Assembly (NCBI RefSeq): GCF_964355755.1
Contig: NC_092674.1
Coordinates: 31,248,001 to 31,312,000 of the forward strand
DNA from: Antedon mediterranea
Lineage: Eukaryota; Animalia; Echinodermata
Direction: 5' to 3'
Length of the DNA: 64,000 nucleotides
Shown here: positions 46,553 to 59,000 of the stretch, piece after piece
Layout of the letters: the number at the start of each line of letters is the position of its first letter
Numbering within the stretch: the stretch's first letter is position 1
Notes under the pieces: generated by a model
What the model was told of the DNA's origin: nothing
Databases searched by the model: none
What the model saw: only the letters and a program-made list of their open reading frames with translations
Translations under genes and position numbers: made by a program

Positions 46553-47254
46553 TCAGGAAGGCCCTTGAAATGTTGGAGCTACAGCGGTTTTTGCCTTGAT
46601 AATTGCAACCACAACTCCTACGGTCAAACAGAAAAGAAGTAGAGTTCCCATCAAAATACCAACAATGGCGGAACCAGTTAATTTGTTGCCTTCTTCTTCT
46701 GATTGGTTTCCAGTACTCATTGTCATTGTAGATGCAGTAGTGTGTTTATTTACTGTAGAATAATTGGTGTTTGTGACCATGGTTGATTGTTGTCTGGCGG
46801 TTGCATGAGTACCTGTGGTGGTACTTGCCGTTATGTCACTAGTACCTCCGGTATCATTTGTCACAGTAGTAGTAGGAGTGGTTACATTCGTTGCTAAGCC
46901 ACTTATTGTTGTCTCAGTAGTAGCGGTTTCATTTGCAGTAGTGTGTTTATTTACTGTTGTATATTTGGTGTTTGTGACCGTGGTTGAGTGTTGTCGGGTG
47001 TTGGTGTCGGCTGTTCTGTCACTAGTACCTCTGGTGGTTTCTTGGAGAGTGGTTCTATCAGTTTGTGAGACAATTTCTGGAGTAGTATCACTACTTGTTG
47101 TCACAGTGGTGGTAGACGATTCTTGGAAAGTGGTTCCATCAGTTTGTAAGCCAGTCATTGTTATCCACATAGCAGTGGTTTCATTTGTAGTTTGAGCGAA
47201 TTGAATAGGAACACATGTCAGTATTAAGCAAAGAGGCAGCCAAATAATGTCCAT
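46553..47254 (-). CDS. Mucin-like type I membrane glycoprotein (233 aa, single coding exon)
   Basis: Signal peptide MDIIWLPLCLILTCVPIQFA, Thr-rich ectodomain with NxT/S sequons and internal duplications, TM AIVGILMGTLLLFCLTVGVVVAII, stop-transfer KAK and a 14-aa tail. A splice acceptor lies just upstream of the ATG. Confidence 0.85.
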   Translation of the reverse strand: MDIIWLPLCLILTCVPIQFAQTTNETTAMWITMTGLQTDGTTFQESSTTTVTTSSDTTPEIVSQTDRTTLQETTRGTSDRTADTNTRQHSTTVTNTKYTTVNKHTTANETATTETTISGLATNVTTPTTTVTNDTGGTSDITASTTTGTHATARQQSTMVTNTNYSTVNKHTTASTMTMSTGNQSEEEGNKLTGSAIVGILMGTLLLFCLTVGVVVAIIKAKTAVAPTFQGPS

Positions 47255-49668
47255 CTTGCCCTCTATAATAAATGTATTAAAAAAATGTTAATCTAATTAC
47301 AGTAATCTAAAAATAAAATTAATTTAAACCGGTATGAAAATTACCTTCTGTATAACAAAAAGATGTGACCTACTTTTAATTCCTTTTATTTCGGAAGCGT
47401 TTACCTTCCAGATTACACATACTTTGGCCTTTCAGTTTTAAAGTATACAGAAATTTTATTTTGTAATTTTAATTTCATGCCAATAATATGTTTTGATAGC
47501 CAGACTCCCTTATAAATAATGTAAATAAAAGTATCTAAATTTACCTGAAATTTATGTCTTGTAACCGGTGTTTTATTAAAGTTTTAAAAGTGAAAGCCGT
47601 TATTTCAACCTAAACAACTTAGAAGCCTTAATAAAACAACTTGGTAAAACAAGTAGTTTCCTTATTCATTGAGAAATTGAATGTCAAATGTCAGTTTTAC
47701 GAAATAATATCCACATCAAAATCTCCATGGTAATTCCAAAAATGTTTTGGTAACTTCCATTATTTTGTAGGTGATACCAACTTGATGAGGAAGCTGAAAA
47801 TAACTTTCTTTAAATAATATTTTGTAGCGAAGATTTTCCTTGATGTTTTGATGGCCCAAGTAAATCAATTTTCAAAATCACTTTTTGCAGATGCTTTTAA
47901 TATCTAATAACAGCAGGGGGAGATTCCAAGTTTGTAACTTGATATCGTAGATGTTCCAATAAATCTCCTTAAGATAAAAAGAAATTTCATCCAACGAAAA
48001 TAACTCCATAAAATCTGTAGCAAGTTAAAATGTACAAACATTGAATTATATTATAGTTCCATGGTACAAACAAGTTTTTGAATAAAAAGAGAAAATCAGT
48101 TCATAAATTTGTTAATTTATTTAATTGTTGCATACCACATTTGCTTATCTAAACAAACTTCAACCTTAAAGAAATCTAAAAATATTTTACCCAAAGATAC
48201 CAACTAACACCAATTATACAAGATTAAGAGAGCTTGTGACCTGCAATGACCCATGTTACTATGGTTACCGACATGTTATACAACTGAACACTCAAAGGCC
48301 GTATTTTTGGGGAAATCCCCTGCACCATCAAACTTCTCCCCCATTGTGTCCAAATTTGTTTGGGAGACCAAAGGGAAATCATTGTGGTTTAGGTCGACTG
48401 CATATACACCAACTTTAAATTATACCAGGTCTGTTCCTACCTACAATTTTTATTGTTAATGTTTTTACTTTTAGGAAATTGTGGTTGACCTTATTCTGAC
48501 CTTTCAATGCAAATCATAAGCTCTCTTTATCAAACATCAATACTATGTAATTGTTTTCCAAAATTAATTATTGATCAACATTTACATTCTGAAAGGGAAA
48601 ACAAGGTTTTATACAACATGTTTGTTTTGATCTCAACTGTAATCATGCATAGATCATCAATAGTTAAAATCTGTTAAATTGTCTGGTTGTACCAGAGAGC
48701 CAATACAGTGTTACAGATTCAGTAGTCTATTATATAATGATATATAATATGTGCCACGTATCGAGGCCAATGTATGTGATAGTTCATGCACTATAATATA
48801 ACCTAAACATTTTTGGTGTATTCCCTTTTTTTCCCGAATAAATTTATTTTCAACATCAATTTTCCCAAATTAATAAATCAATTTATTACCTACGCACTTT
48901 TTTTTTTCTTTAAATATAAACTTAAAATAATGAAAGCAATGTTAAACTTCTTATAAATGTTTTATTATAACCATGGTTACAGGATGCCAAACTTGCATAC
49001 GAACTGAGACAACAATTTAAATTGATTTTTGTCGGATACAAATCACGGTGATTGGTATAACGCAGCATTCCTATATGTTTTACATTACTCCTAATATCAA
49101 CACTCAACATTTCACTAACATTTGACAAAAAAACTGTGGTACCGTAATACCATTATTGAAGATTTATGTGGTACCATCAATTTCATTTTATTTATTTTCA
49201 ATCATGTCAACTAAGAATATAAACAAGTAAAAAATGTAATTTGGATAAAATATTTAACTTCATGTTAATTTATACTTGAAAAATTGTGTTACTTTTAATT
49301 CAAATGAATAACTTAAAAACATGTACAACTCATTAAAATTAAGTTTACTTATATAATTACATAATTATAACATGAATGGTACGACGACTTAAGTATTGCA
49401 TTTAGCCGATCTAAATAAAATGGAATAAGTTTGTGAAATAACCCAGTGCACAGTGATATTAGCACCAGAATTAATTTAGTAAAATAAGCACTAAACGGTC
49501 AAAAAACTGTTTTCCCTTGGTGGTATATTACTCATCTGCCAAAAAAAAAAAATGCAGACAACTGATCATTTACAGTAGTTTTGGGAGGGGTCAAACTAGA
49601 CATAATTAATCTGTTTGAACTAAAATTCACATATCTGTTAAATAGGTTATATTGGACATGGGATACCT

Positions 49669-49900
49669 GCTGCAGTAGTAGTATTTGTAGTAGTAAATAC
49701 ACATGGTACAGTGAAATGCTGGACTTGGATACTGCAGTAGTATTGTTATAGTAGTATAAATACACATGGTACAGTGAAATGCTAGACTTGGATACTGCAG
49801 TAGTATTGTTATAGTAGTATAAATACACATGGTACAGTGAAATGCTGGACTTGGATACTGCAGTAGTATTGTTATAGTAGTATAAATGAACATGGTACAG
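49669..49900. repeat. Tandem repeat, 63-bp unit x~3.5, ~200 bp downstream of the calnexin stop
   Basis: GATACTGCAGTAGTATTG...GCT(G/A)GACTTG at 49728, 49791 and 49854. Confidence 0.9.
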
Positions 49901-50097
49901 TACAGTGGACTGGTCCTTTATTTGGATCTCACCGTGTGGACTACAAAATAATTGCCACTATAATTCTTCATCCACGGTAGGAAGTGTTGTTTTAAAAATT
50001 AATTGGAAAGCATGAATTTAAATTGTGATTACAGATGCATTAATATGCATCATTTATTGAACTTTGACCTTATTGCTAGTCTACCTTCAAGTAATAT

Positions 50098-53000
50098 TCA
50101 ATCTTTTTGACTCTTCTTCCTTCTTGGTGATTTCCTACAAGAAAAAAATATGATACAGTATATCAGTAACGTTGTTATTGTAAATGTAATGTGTGCCTTA
50201 TCACCAACCAGTTGCAAGTCAAGGGTCAAAGGGACCACTTTATGCAACACAACTCAAAATAAGTAACGTAATTTAACATAATGGAATGAAATAATTTACC
50301 TTTGAAATGTTAAAGGTAATTTTAATCTACCCTGATGTACTTTTAAATAATGTAAACAATCAACCAAGCAATAAATAAATTGAAGCGTATAATAATTGGA
50401 CTTTACTTACCTAGGCCCATCCCCACTACCATCTTTAGATGCTTCACCACTGTCAACATCATCCCCTTCCTGAAAAAACAAATATCTTAATGTTTATTTC
50501 ACAACAAATATACAACAACATGGATCCCTAAAACCAATTCTGCGTTCTATCCACTACTTAGTATTAGCTTAGTACTTTTTATTTCCGTTACGCAATGAAT
50601 TTGGTAGTAGTCGCTGTTTCTAAAACGCAGTACACACAACAATTCAACAGTACGAACGTCAGGTATATTCCTTTTATTGTAGCTGGCTTAACACAATACC
50701 ACGGCTTACCGGCAAGCTGGCTTAACAATACCACTGCTTGCACCAGTTATAACCTTCTATCTACGTTAACACTGCTTTATACACTGTAACACTTGTCCAA
50801 CTGGTAAACAGTAACTTACTAACATAGATTCCGCATCTCCGTTGCCTTTTATAAGTGGACACATTTGTTATGCAAATTAAAACTTTACGGCTGACTAAGT
50901 CAAAAACACTGCATGGTGTTTAACAATACAGTACTAACTTTACTGTAGCAACAGTACTACCATGATATTTTTTATTTATGTGATGTCATACTGTAATAAA
51001 CCATGACCATATTTGGAGGCCTGCAATATAACATTGTTCCTACCTTCGTTTCTAGGTCTGATTTACTTGCTTTTTTCTTTCGTTGTCTTACTGTCTTGCT
51101 TTCTTCTTCTTTGACTTCTGTATTTTCTTCCTCTTCAGCTGCTGCCTCTTCTTCTGCTTGTGTTTCTTCCTCTGCTTCATCATCCTCTGTGACATCATCA
51201 GTTTTCTTTAAATCTCCTTTTTTCTTTTTGAAAAGAAATGTATAGATAAGATAATTTATCAACACATAATACCCTAAAATAAATAATTTGCACCCAATAA
51301 CCATGATATGTCTAGAACTATACTACAACATTTTTGAATAAAAAAAATATAAAAATACACGTTAAGAAAAACGTCTCAATCTACTTACAGATGGTGAGCA
51401 GAATCGAGCACATAAGAAGATTGGAATGATTACAACGAGTGCATACACAGCCCATAACCACGGCCTCTCGTCTGTCGCACTAAGTAGTCCAGATACTACT
51501 CCATCCTGTTACAAGAAAACAACCGTAATTCGTAAAAAAATCACACACAAAAACTTTATTTGGATCTAGATTTGTTAAATATATTGAATGGACCTATTTC
51601 TGTTCCAAATGCTTCGAAAGGGCTTAATTCCTGATTACAGAGTGTCTTATACTTACTCCTGATAATACTGATTGTTCATCTCCACTCTTTAGCGCCCATG
51701 AATCGGCAGCCCATTGATCTGCAACCTCTCTTGATGACGTTATAATGAAGTTATCAAAAAGAATATCGTTGTTCATTGTCCATAACTCTAAACCTAGTGA
51801 GCCCTACAAAATCATCAACAAATATTAGTCATAATTGAGATAGGATGCTGTATGTTAAATCTGAAGAACCAAAAGAATATTGGAAAGTTGATGGGACCCT
51901 TAGGGGAGAAGAATGTTGTTGAAAAGGTGTAGCATCTTAGTCAACAGCGCCTTTGATCACCTGTTGCTGGAATTGGCGCTTTACAAATTCGTATATATTA
52001 TTATTATTATTGTAATTATTTTTTTTTACTTTGTAACAGGCCCATAATATTTGTACTCCCATTGAAAAATATTTTAAAAAATTCAATGGCAAATAGCCTT
52101 TATTTTTCAATCAACACTTATTTCGTCTGGTCTCTTTCACAAGTGGTAGGCATAATATCCCTGCACAGTCGTTTTTCCCCCTGTCTTCTGTTTTGTCTGT
52201 TCTTCGATGGTTTGTGTATTTTGATTGATATTGTTGATGGATAGGATATATTTTCATTGAAGTATAAGTATATATTTTTGTATAATTCAATCCAAAAGTT
52301 GCAATAACAGGGCTGAAAATTAACGGTCGCCCGGTCGCCAATGGCGACCTTTATTTGGTAAGGGCGAGTATTAATTTGGTGATGGTCGACCCGTCTGGCG
52401 ACTTCCAGAAACTGCATCCACCTACCTTTTATAACCAATCTAGGCCTAGGCTAATAATATATAAGCTAAGTTATAAAGCTACAAGCCTAATGGCAGTCCC
52501 TTGTTTTTAAGGATCGCGAGGGCGATCGCACTCAACAACCTTCGAAAAGGAGAGCAATTAATCGCGCTCCATCTCACAGTGCGAGGTGGTACACTACCAA
52601 GAAAGGGGATTCCCCTGCCTGTATTCAAGGGCGAGTTTACTTTATCGCCTCATAGTGCAACCAGTACGGTGTCATAGAAACACCTCCTTTACAGGAAGCA
52701 CATGTCCCAACCAATAATTTTTCCTTTTATGCTAACTAAATGTTTTATGGAACGAGTTAATAAAATATATTTAATTAATTTTAAAAGGAAAAATTAATAC
52801 AGGAGGCCTAAATATAATGTTTATTATTTAAAAACTTAGTTGCTTTAATTATGTCATTTTGAAGATGGATTATTTCTTCGAAAGTTCTAACCAATTTTGG
52901 TCACTCAAATCCTCCTCAAAACACGTGCTGACGTGTGACGTCACCATCTTCTAGAAGCTCTCTCAGCCCTCCCCTATATTTATTGTGCGTGCGCCCATGT

Positions 53001-56000
53001 GTGACACATGTAAACACGATCAAATATCTTTCTTAATTATTTTAAAATGACACTTTGTAACTTATTATCAATATTTTAATGGCTGTTGCATGTTAGAATT
53101 GTATAATTTATGAATTGCAGGTAAATACTTTTCAAGTTTTCTGTCTGATTTCTAGGCCAACAAGCTAGGCTAGAAAAGCTACCTAGTAGAGGCTAAAATA
53201 AAGGCATAGTTGACCAGGACAGGATTTTCCAGGCTCCTGAAACCCAATCTACCCAGGCCATAAAAAAAAAAATTGGCTTGAGTTTTTTTACTGTAGAATA
53301 ATACGATCCCCACGGAAAATATTGTGTGTGAAGGTGGGTGTGGGGGATTTTAGGGGAGAGGTACAGTATACATTTGTTGTGCCCGGCGGGGGGGAGAGGT
53401 TTCCCCAGCCCCGTCGGGCAAAAAAAATGTGTACAAAAAATTAATAAGGGCCAGCCATTTTTAATAAGGGCGACCATCCTTCAAATTCAACTGGCCCTGC
53501 TGGCCACTATGGTTTAAAGGTTAATTTTCAGCCCTGCAATAAAAGTATTTTATCAATTATCAGTTTAAGTATTACAGTTTGTTTATATAATATAAAAAAG
53601 TCAAAAAGTTCAATTTGTCACGAGATGACCCTATAAATAATTTATAAATCAAATAAATAAATAACACAGACAAGACAAGTACAGTATAATTACAGAGAAA
53701 ATGTGCAAAAAAGATCAGAGCCTATCAGTTTAGTTTCATCCAACATGTATTCAGTTAAATCAGTATAAATCTCTTCATGTATTCAGTTACAACAATAATA
53801 ACTGGGGCCTGCACTAGAAACAAAAGCTTGTCTCATGAGGGCCTTCAGTTATAACAATAATAACTGGGGTCTGTACTAGAAATAAAAGCTTGTCTCATGA
53901 GGGCCCCAACAATACAAATATGTATAATACATGAAAAGAAATACATAAAACAATAAACAAAGGAAGGGAGTTTACTTACAATTGAGGTCATTTTAAATGG
54001 TTCAAGATCTTGGAAGTAGTTAGGGTTAGGTATCATACGTGGTGACCACTCTCCCTTGTAGGCTGGGTTATCTACCATCGGTGCTTTCCATTTACCCTTG
54101 TAATCTGGGTTGTCCAGCATCTCTGGCTTCCATTCTCCACATCCAACATCCTCACAAAGGGGATTTTCTGTTGAAATATAAATAAATATATAAATGTTGC
54201 CCGAAAGCCCTGCTAACTTTTTCTGGCTGTTTTACTTTATCGTTTTGATTTAGTGTTTTGCTTATTTATTTTGTATCGCCTTTGAAATCCAGCCACAGCA
54301 TTATTTTCAGTAATTTGCCTTTGGATTAATAAATATATAAATGTTATAAATTGGTTTAATCAAGCAAGGAAATATTTAAATATAATTAAGAAACTTACGA
54401 ATTTTAGCTGGTTCCCATTCTCCATCCATTTCATCATCCCTGTAAAATAAAAATATGTAAGAAAAATGATTATTAAAGTTTTGTGTTTGCAATAACAGTA
54501 TATCAAGTCAAAAAGTCATTCTACATAGATATGCTCTGAAATATATGAGCATGCATAGTTGCTATTACCAATAATATGATCTAAAAATTCATTTCAGTTT
54601 TTTCAATGATATACGCTTCTTTGTTTTATTTATCAAGCAGGATTTTGTATTTGTCTATTATACTGCTTTTATTTGGATTGACACACTCCTTTGCATAAAT
54701 CTTAAAGTTGTATTCTTACCAATCCTCAGGTTTCTCGCTGTCTGGGTCAGCAATAAGGTCAGGTTCATCGTCCAACCATCCGTCTGGTTTGACAGCGTCT
54801 GAGTTAGGAATCTTCTTTGGTGCATCTTCATCCCAATCATCTGGTTTGGTTGCATCTGGATCGGGGATTCTGAAAAATAGAAATGTGTCAAATCATATTA
54901 GGTTAATAATTTAAGGTAACCATTTCAAATTTCATTTATTTCGTCAATTCAAAACAATACAATACAAATAAACATAACAAAACCCATGATGGTGACAGAA
55001 TTAAACAAAAGCAAACTTAATTTCTGTACAAATTCTCTCCGCCGTCACGGGTGACAAACAATAGACAAATGCTTGTTTAGTTTTTTATTTAGCACTGTTT
55101 AGAAAATAAATTTGTATTTTTATAGAACTAAAGACAATTTTGAAACTTCCTTGATTTAGTTGTCAATAGGTGGGACACTTTATCTGATTGTTTTGGTAAT
55201 TTTAAGCACATGAATGTAAATTCCAGTATAACCGGATAAGTATCAACTTACTTTTTCCTGTCATCCCAATCTTCTGGTTTTGAATCTTTTGGATCTGCAA
55301 TTTCTTCTGGAGGATTTACTGGTGGGCTATGGGAAAAATAGAAAAATAAATTACTGACACTGACGGAATAAAAAAAAATAAGACTATAACAAAACTAATT
55401 TTAACAATAATAGTCAAACTTACTTGACATCTTCTAGAAGGTTACCAGCATTGATGCTTACTTGATCAATTAGCATGTCAAAGGAATTATCTGGCTGTAC
55501 AACTACAATTAAAGAGTAAATACAAATAATATATTTTCCCCATTTTCTACACACAGACATCTACATTGAACAGTATAATATTAATTAATTAATAAATACA
55601 TTTTTGGAAGGAGCTGTAAAATATTGTAATCATTAATCGTATAGAATTATATCATTTAAATTGTATAAAATGTCTTATTTGAGGAATCAACAGAATTTAT
55701 CCAAGGAAAAGACATAGTAACAAAACAGGGTGACAAGATTCCATGCATAAACACAGGGTTTAATTTTTTAAATTTTTGTTTTAATGCTATTTTATATAAC
55801 AATTGTACAATTTAAATGCAGATAAACATTATTTAAAACATACTTAATGTAAAAAGATGAGTCTTCTTATCTGTGAAAACATGTGCAAATGATTCACTAG
55901 GTTTCTTTGCATGTTTCTCCTGTGAAAATTGTTAATAAGAAATAATTAATATTACATTCAATCAGGTTTTCTGGTTTCTACATTTTCAGATAGTATTTTT

Positions 56001-59000
56001 CAGACAATTGTCCATTAATTTAATAAAATTTTATTTTCATTTCTTACCTCAAATTCTCCAGTCTTTGGGTTCTTGTGTCGGAAGATGAAATGAAACTGAG
56101 AATTCAGAAAAGTAAAAAAATTTAATAATACAAAAATGAAAAAATGTCATGTCAGTTTTTTGTTATTAACTTTTCCTCGACTTTTTGCATTCTCAATCCT
56201 AAAGACGATCAAAGTATATTGATCGAAATGTCAAGAAACAGTTCTTTTTCATATATATGTGGTGTACCGCAAACTTTATATCATCATTTGATTTCGTCAT
56301 GCAAACCTTAAACAATTTATAAAATATTATTAACTTATAATATCTTGGCTATTTAGAGTTTTTTTATAACTGTGAATTAATATAGTAACTGTGATTACCT
56401 TAGAGTCAGCACCACATTTATCAGGACCAAACATAATGGTATAAGGAGTTTTATCAGTGAAAGCACCCTGAAAAACAAAGACAGAACAATGTTAAAAAGT
56501 ACAATATTTAAAAACAACTTCAGATACTTTATTCATAACTCATTTTTTTTTTTTTTTTTTTCATTTCATTTATTTCAATATCATTATTGCAGCCTTAGCT
56601 GAATTACAAAGATATTTACATTTGTTCAATATTAAAATTTGTAAAAAAGTATAAAACCAATGATAAAAAAATATAAAAAAAGGAGGAAATTTACACAAGA
56701 AATACAAAACAGGAACATTCAAAAAGTTTAGCTTAAAATATTAAAATAGAAAAAAAAAAACACCTAAAAGCATCAATAAAAATCGCAAAGCTGTACTGGG
56801 TGATATACAGATTATTCATTTAGAAGCGAGATAAGGTATGGAATTGCACTTTTTCTATATCTTTCAACTCTGCATTTGGGTTGTTGATACTTTACACGTC
56901 TTAGTTTCATGTTACTTACATTCTTCACTGGAAACCATTTTCCAAAATGAATACTTTTTGAACATTTCAGAGCAAACTTATAGCATAGATTACGCCTTCT
57001 ATCAGATAAAGTGTCTAAAGAAAGATCATTGAGTGCTTGGTCATAACATATGTAGTCATTACACAATATTATTCTGCAAGCCCTTTTTTTGACAGATTCT
57101 ATCATATCACTTTGTTTCTTAGTGAGACTAGAATGCCATACTGGGACAGCATATTCAACACTTGGTCTTATGTAACTCTTAAATACATCTACAAGATCAA
57201 ATTTCGGAAGATTGAACTTTCTTAATCTACATAATATATGCAGACGTCTGCTGGCTTTGGATACAATTTCTTTAACATTACGGTCCCATTTGAGGTTAGC
57301 TTGAATCCATAAACCTAGTAACTTAGTTTCATTAACGATTTCAATTGTAGCATTACCAATGAAAAGGGGTTCATGTTCATATTGATTTCTTTGAAAGTTA
57401 AAATACATAGTTTTACATTTAGTTGGGTTAAGTTTTAGTTTGTTTTCATTAGACCATACATTCAGTAAAGCAACATCATTCTGAATTGAGGAAATTACAT
57501 CCTTTTTTACTATCTGTCCTATGCACAAATCATCTACATATTTCCAAGTTTTACCTGGCGAGTCTTGCATGGCATCATTCATTAGAGCAAGAAAGATCAT
57601 AGGCCCAAGGAGCGTACCTTGAGGGACGCCACATGTTAGATTAACACTCATTGATAAGGTGGATTTATAGCGTACTTGTTGGGTTCTGTTTGATAAAAAG
57701 CTAATTAACCACGGTACAATTTCAGGTCTACAACCAAGTGTTACTAATTTAGAAACTGCTATTGTGTGGTCAACACAATCGAATGCTTTACTAAAGTCAG
57801 TTAAAACTAACTGACCAACAGATTTGGGAATGTTACTACCTTCATAGAACACATTTAGTAGATCAACCAAATTATGGGTTGTAGAAAAGTGTTTACGGCA
57901 ACCATATTGGTTGTTATCAAGATTTTTCTCGATATCTGTTAAGAGCCATTTTTTAATGAAGCCCTCAGCTACCTTAGCTAGGATACATGTAAGTGAGATT
58001 GGTCGAAATTTGTCAACCCTAGTACAACCATTTTCTTTGGGAACCGGAGTAACAATAGCATCCTTCCACATAGTTGGGACATGACCCTCACCGAGGGAGG
58101 CATTTAAGATATTAGTCATAGGGATGCTTAGTTCACATGCAAAATCTCTTATTAATCTGTTAGGCACATTATCAGGGCCCGGGGACTTATTTACTTTAAC
58201 TTTTCTTAATTGATTGTACATTTCCCATTCTTTTACATTAGGGGGTTTATTAGCAGGTAAATACGTAGGGAGCTTACATAAATCAATACTAGGTCTGCTT
58301 TGGGAAGTTATAGCAAAATGGTTGTTTACAAAATTACTTATACCATGATAGTCATCCTGCGGAATATCCTCAACACTAATAAGTGGTTGGGGTTTAGTTT
58401 TATTAGCTAACATCTGCACGCCTTGGTGCCATTTATGGGGATTAGTGACTTTTAAGTTTAATAAACGTTCATTGTAAAAGTTCATTTTGTCTTTCTTGAT
58501 CACTTTTTGTACCTTATTCCTATAGAATTTCCATTCCAGCGATTTACCATGATTAGTAAAAGCGTGTTTACGTTTCATTATAAGATCCTTTGCTTGTTGT
58601 GAAATCCATGGCTTATCAGTTGGATGTATCTTAATGGATTTAACCGGGAAGAAAGTGTTCATAGCAGAAGTCAATGACAAATAAAATGATTGCGTTTTCT
58701 GTTCAGTAGTACTCGCGTTAATAACCTCGTTCCAGTCATGGGTAGTTATCCAACGGCCAAATTCTTCAACACTTTTCGCTTTCATTGGTCTGATTACACG
58801 CTTTTCGATTTTGTTGCTATTCGTCCTTGTAGTTGCTGACAACAGAACACAATTATGATCGCTAGCACCCATCGGCGACACAATTCGGGGATCGCAATAA
58901 TACTGCTTCAGATTGGTGGCTATAATATCTAGTATTGCATCCCCTCGCGTTGGTTCTTTCACAATTTGTTTTAGGTTATGTGCACGGCATAGCGGGGCTA

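Noticed and set aside
46815-47195. Val-rich + strand ORF
   Set aside because: Antisense shadow of the Thr-rich mucin-like ORF.
49532-49893. Two repetitive - strand ORFs
   Set aside because: Products of the 63-bp tandem repeat.
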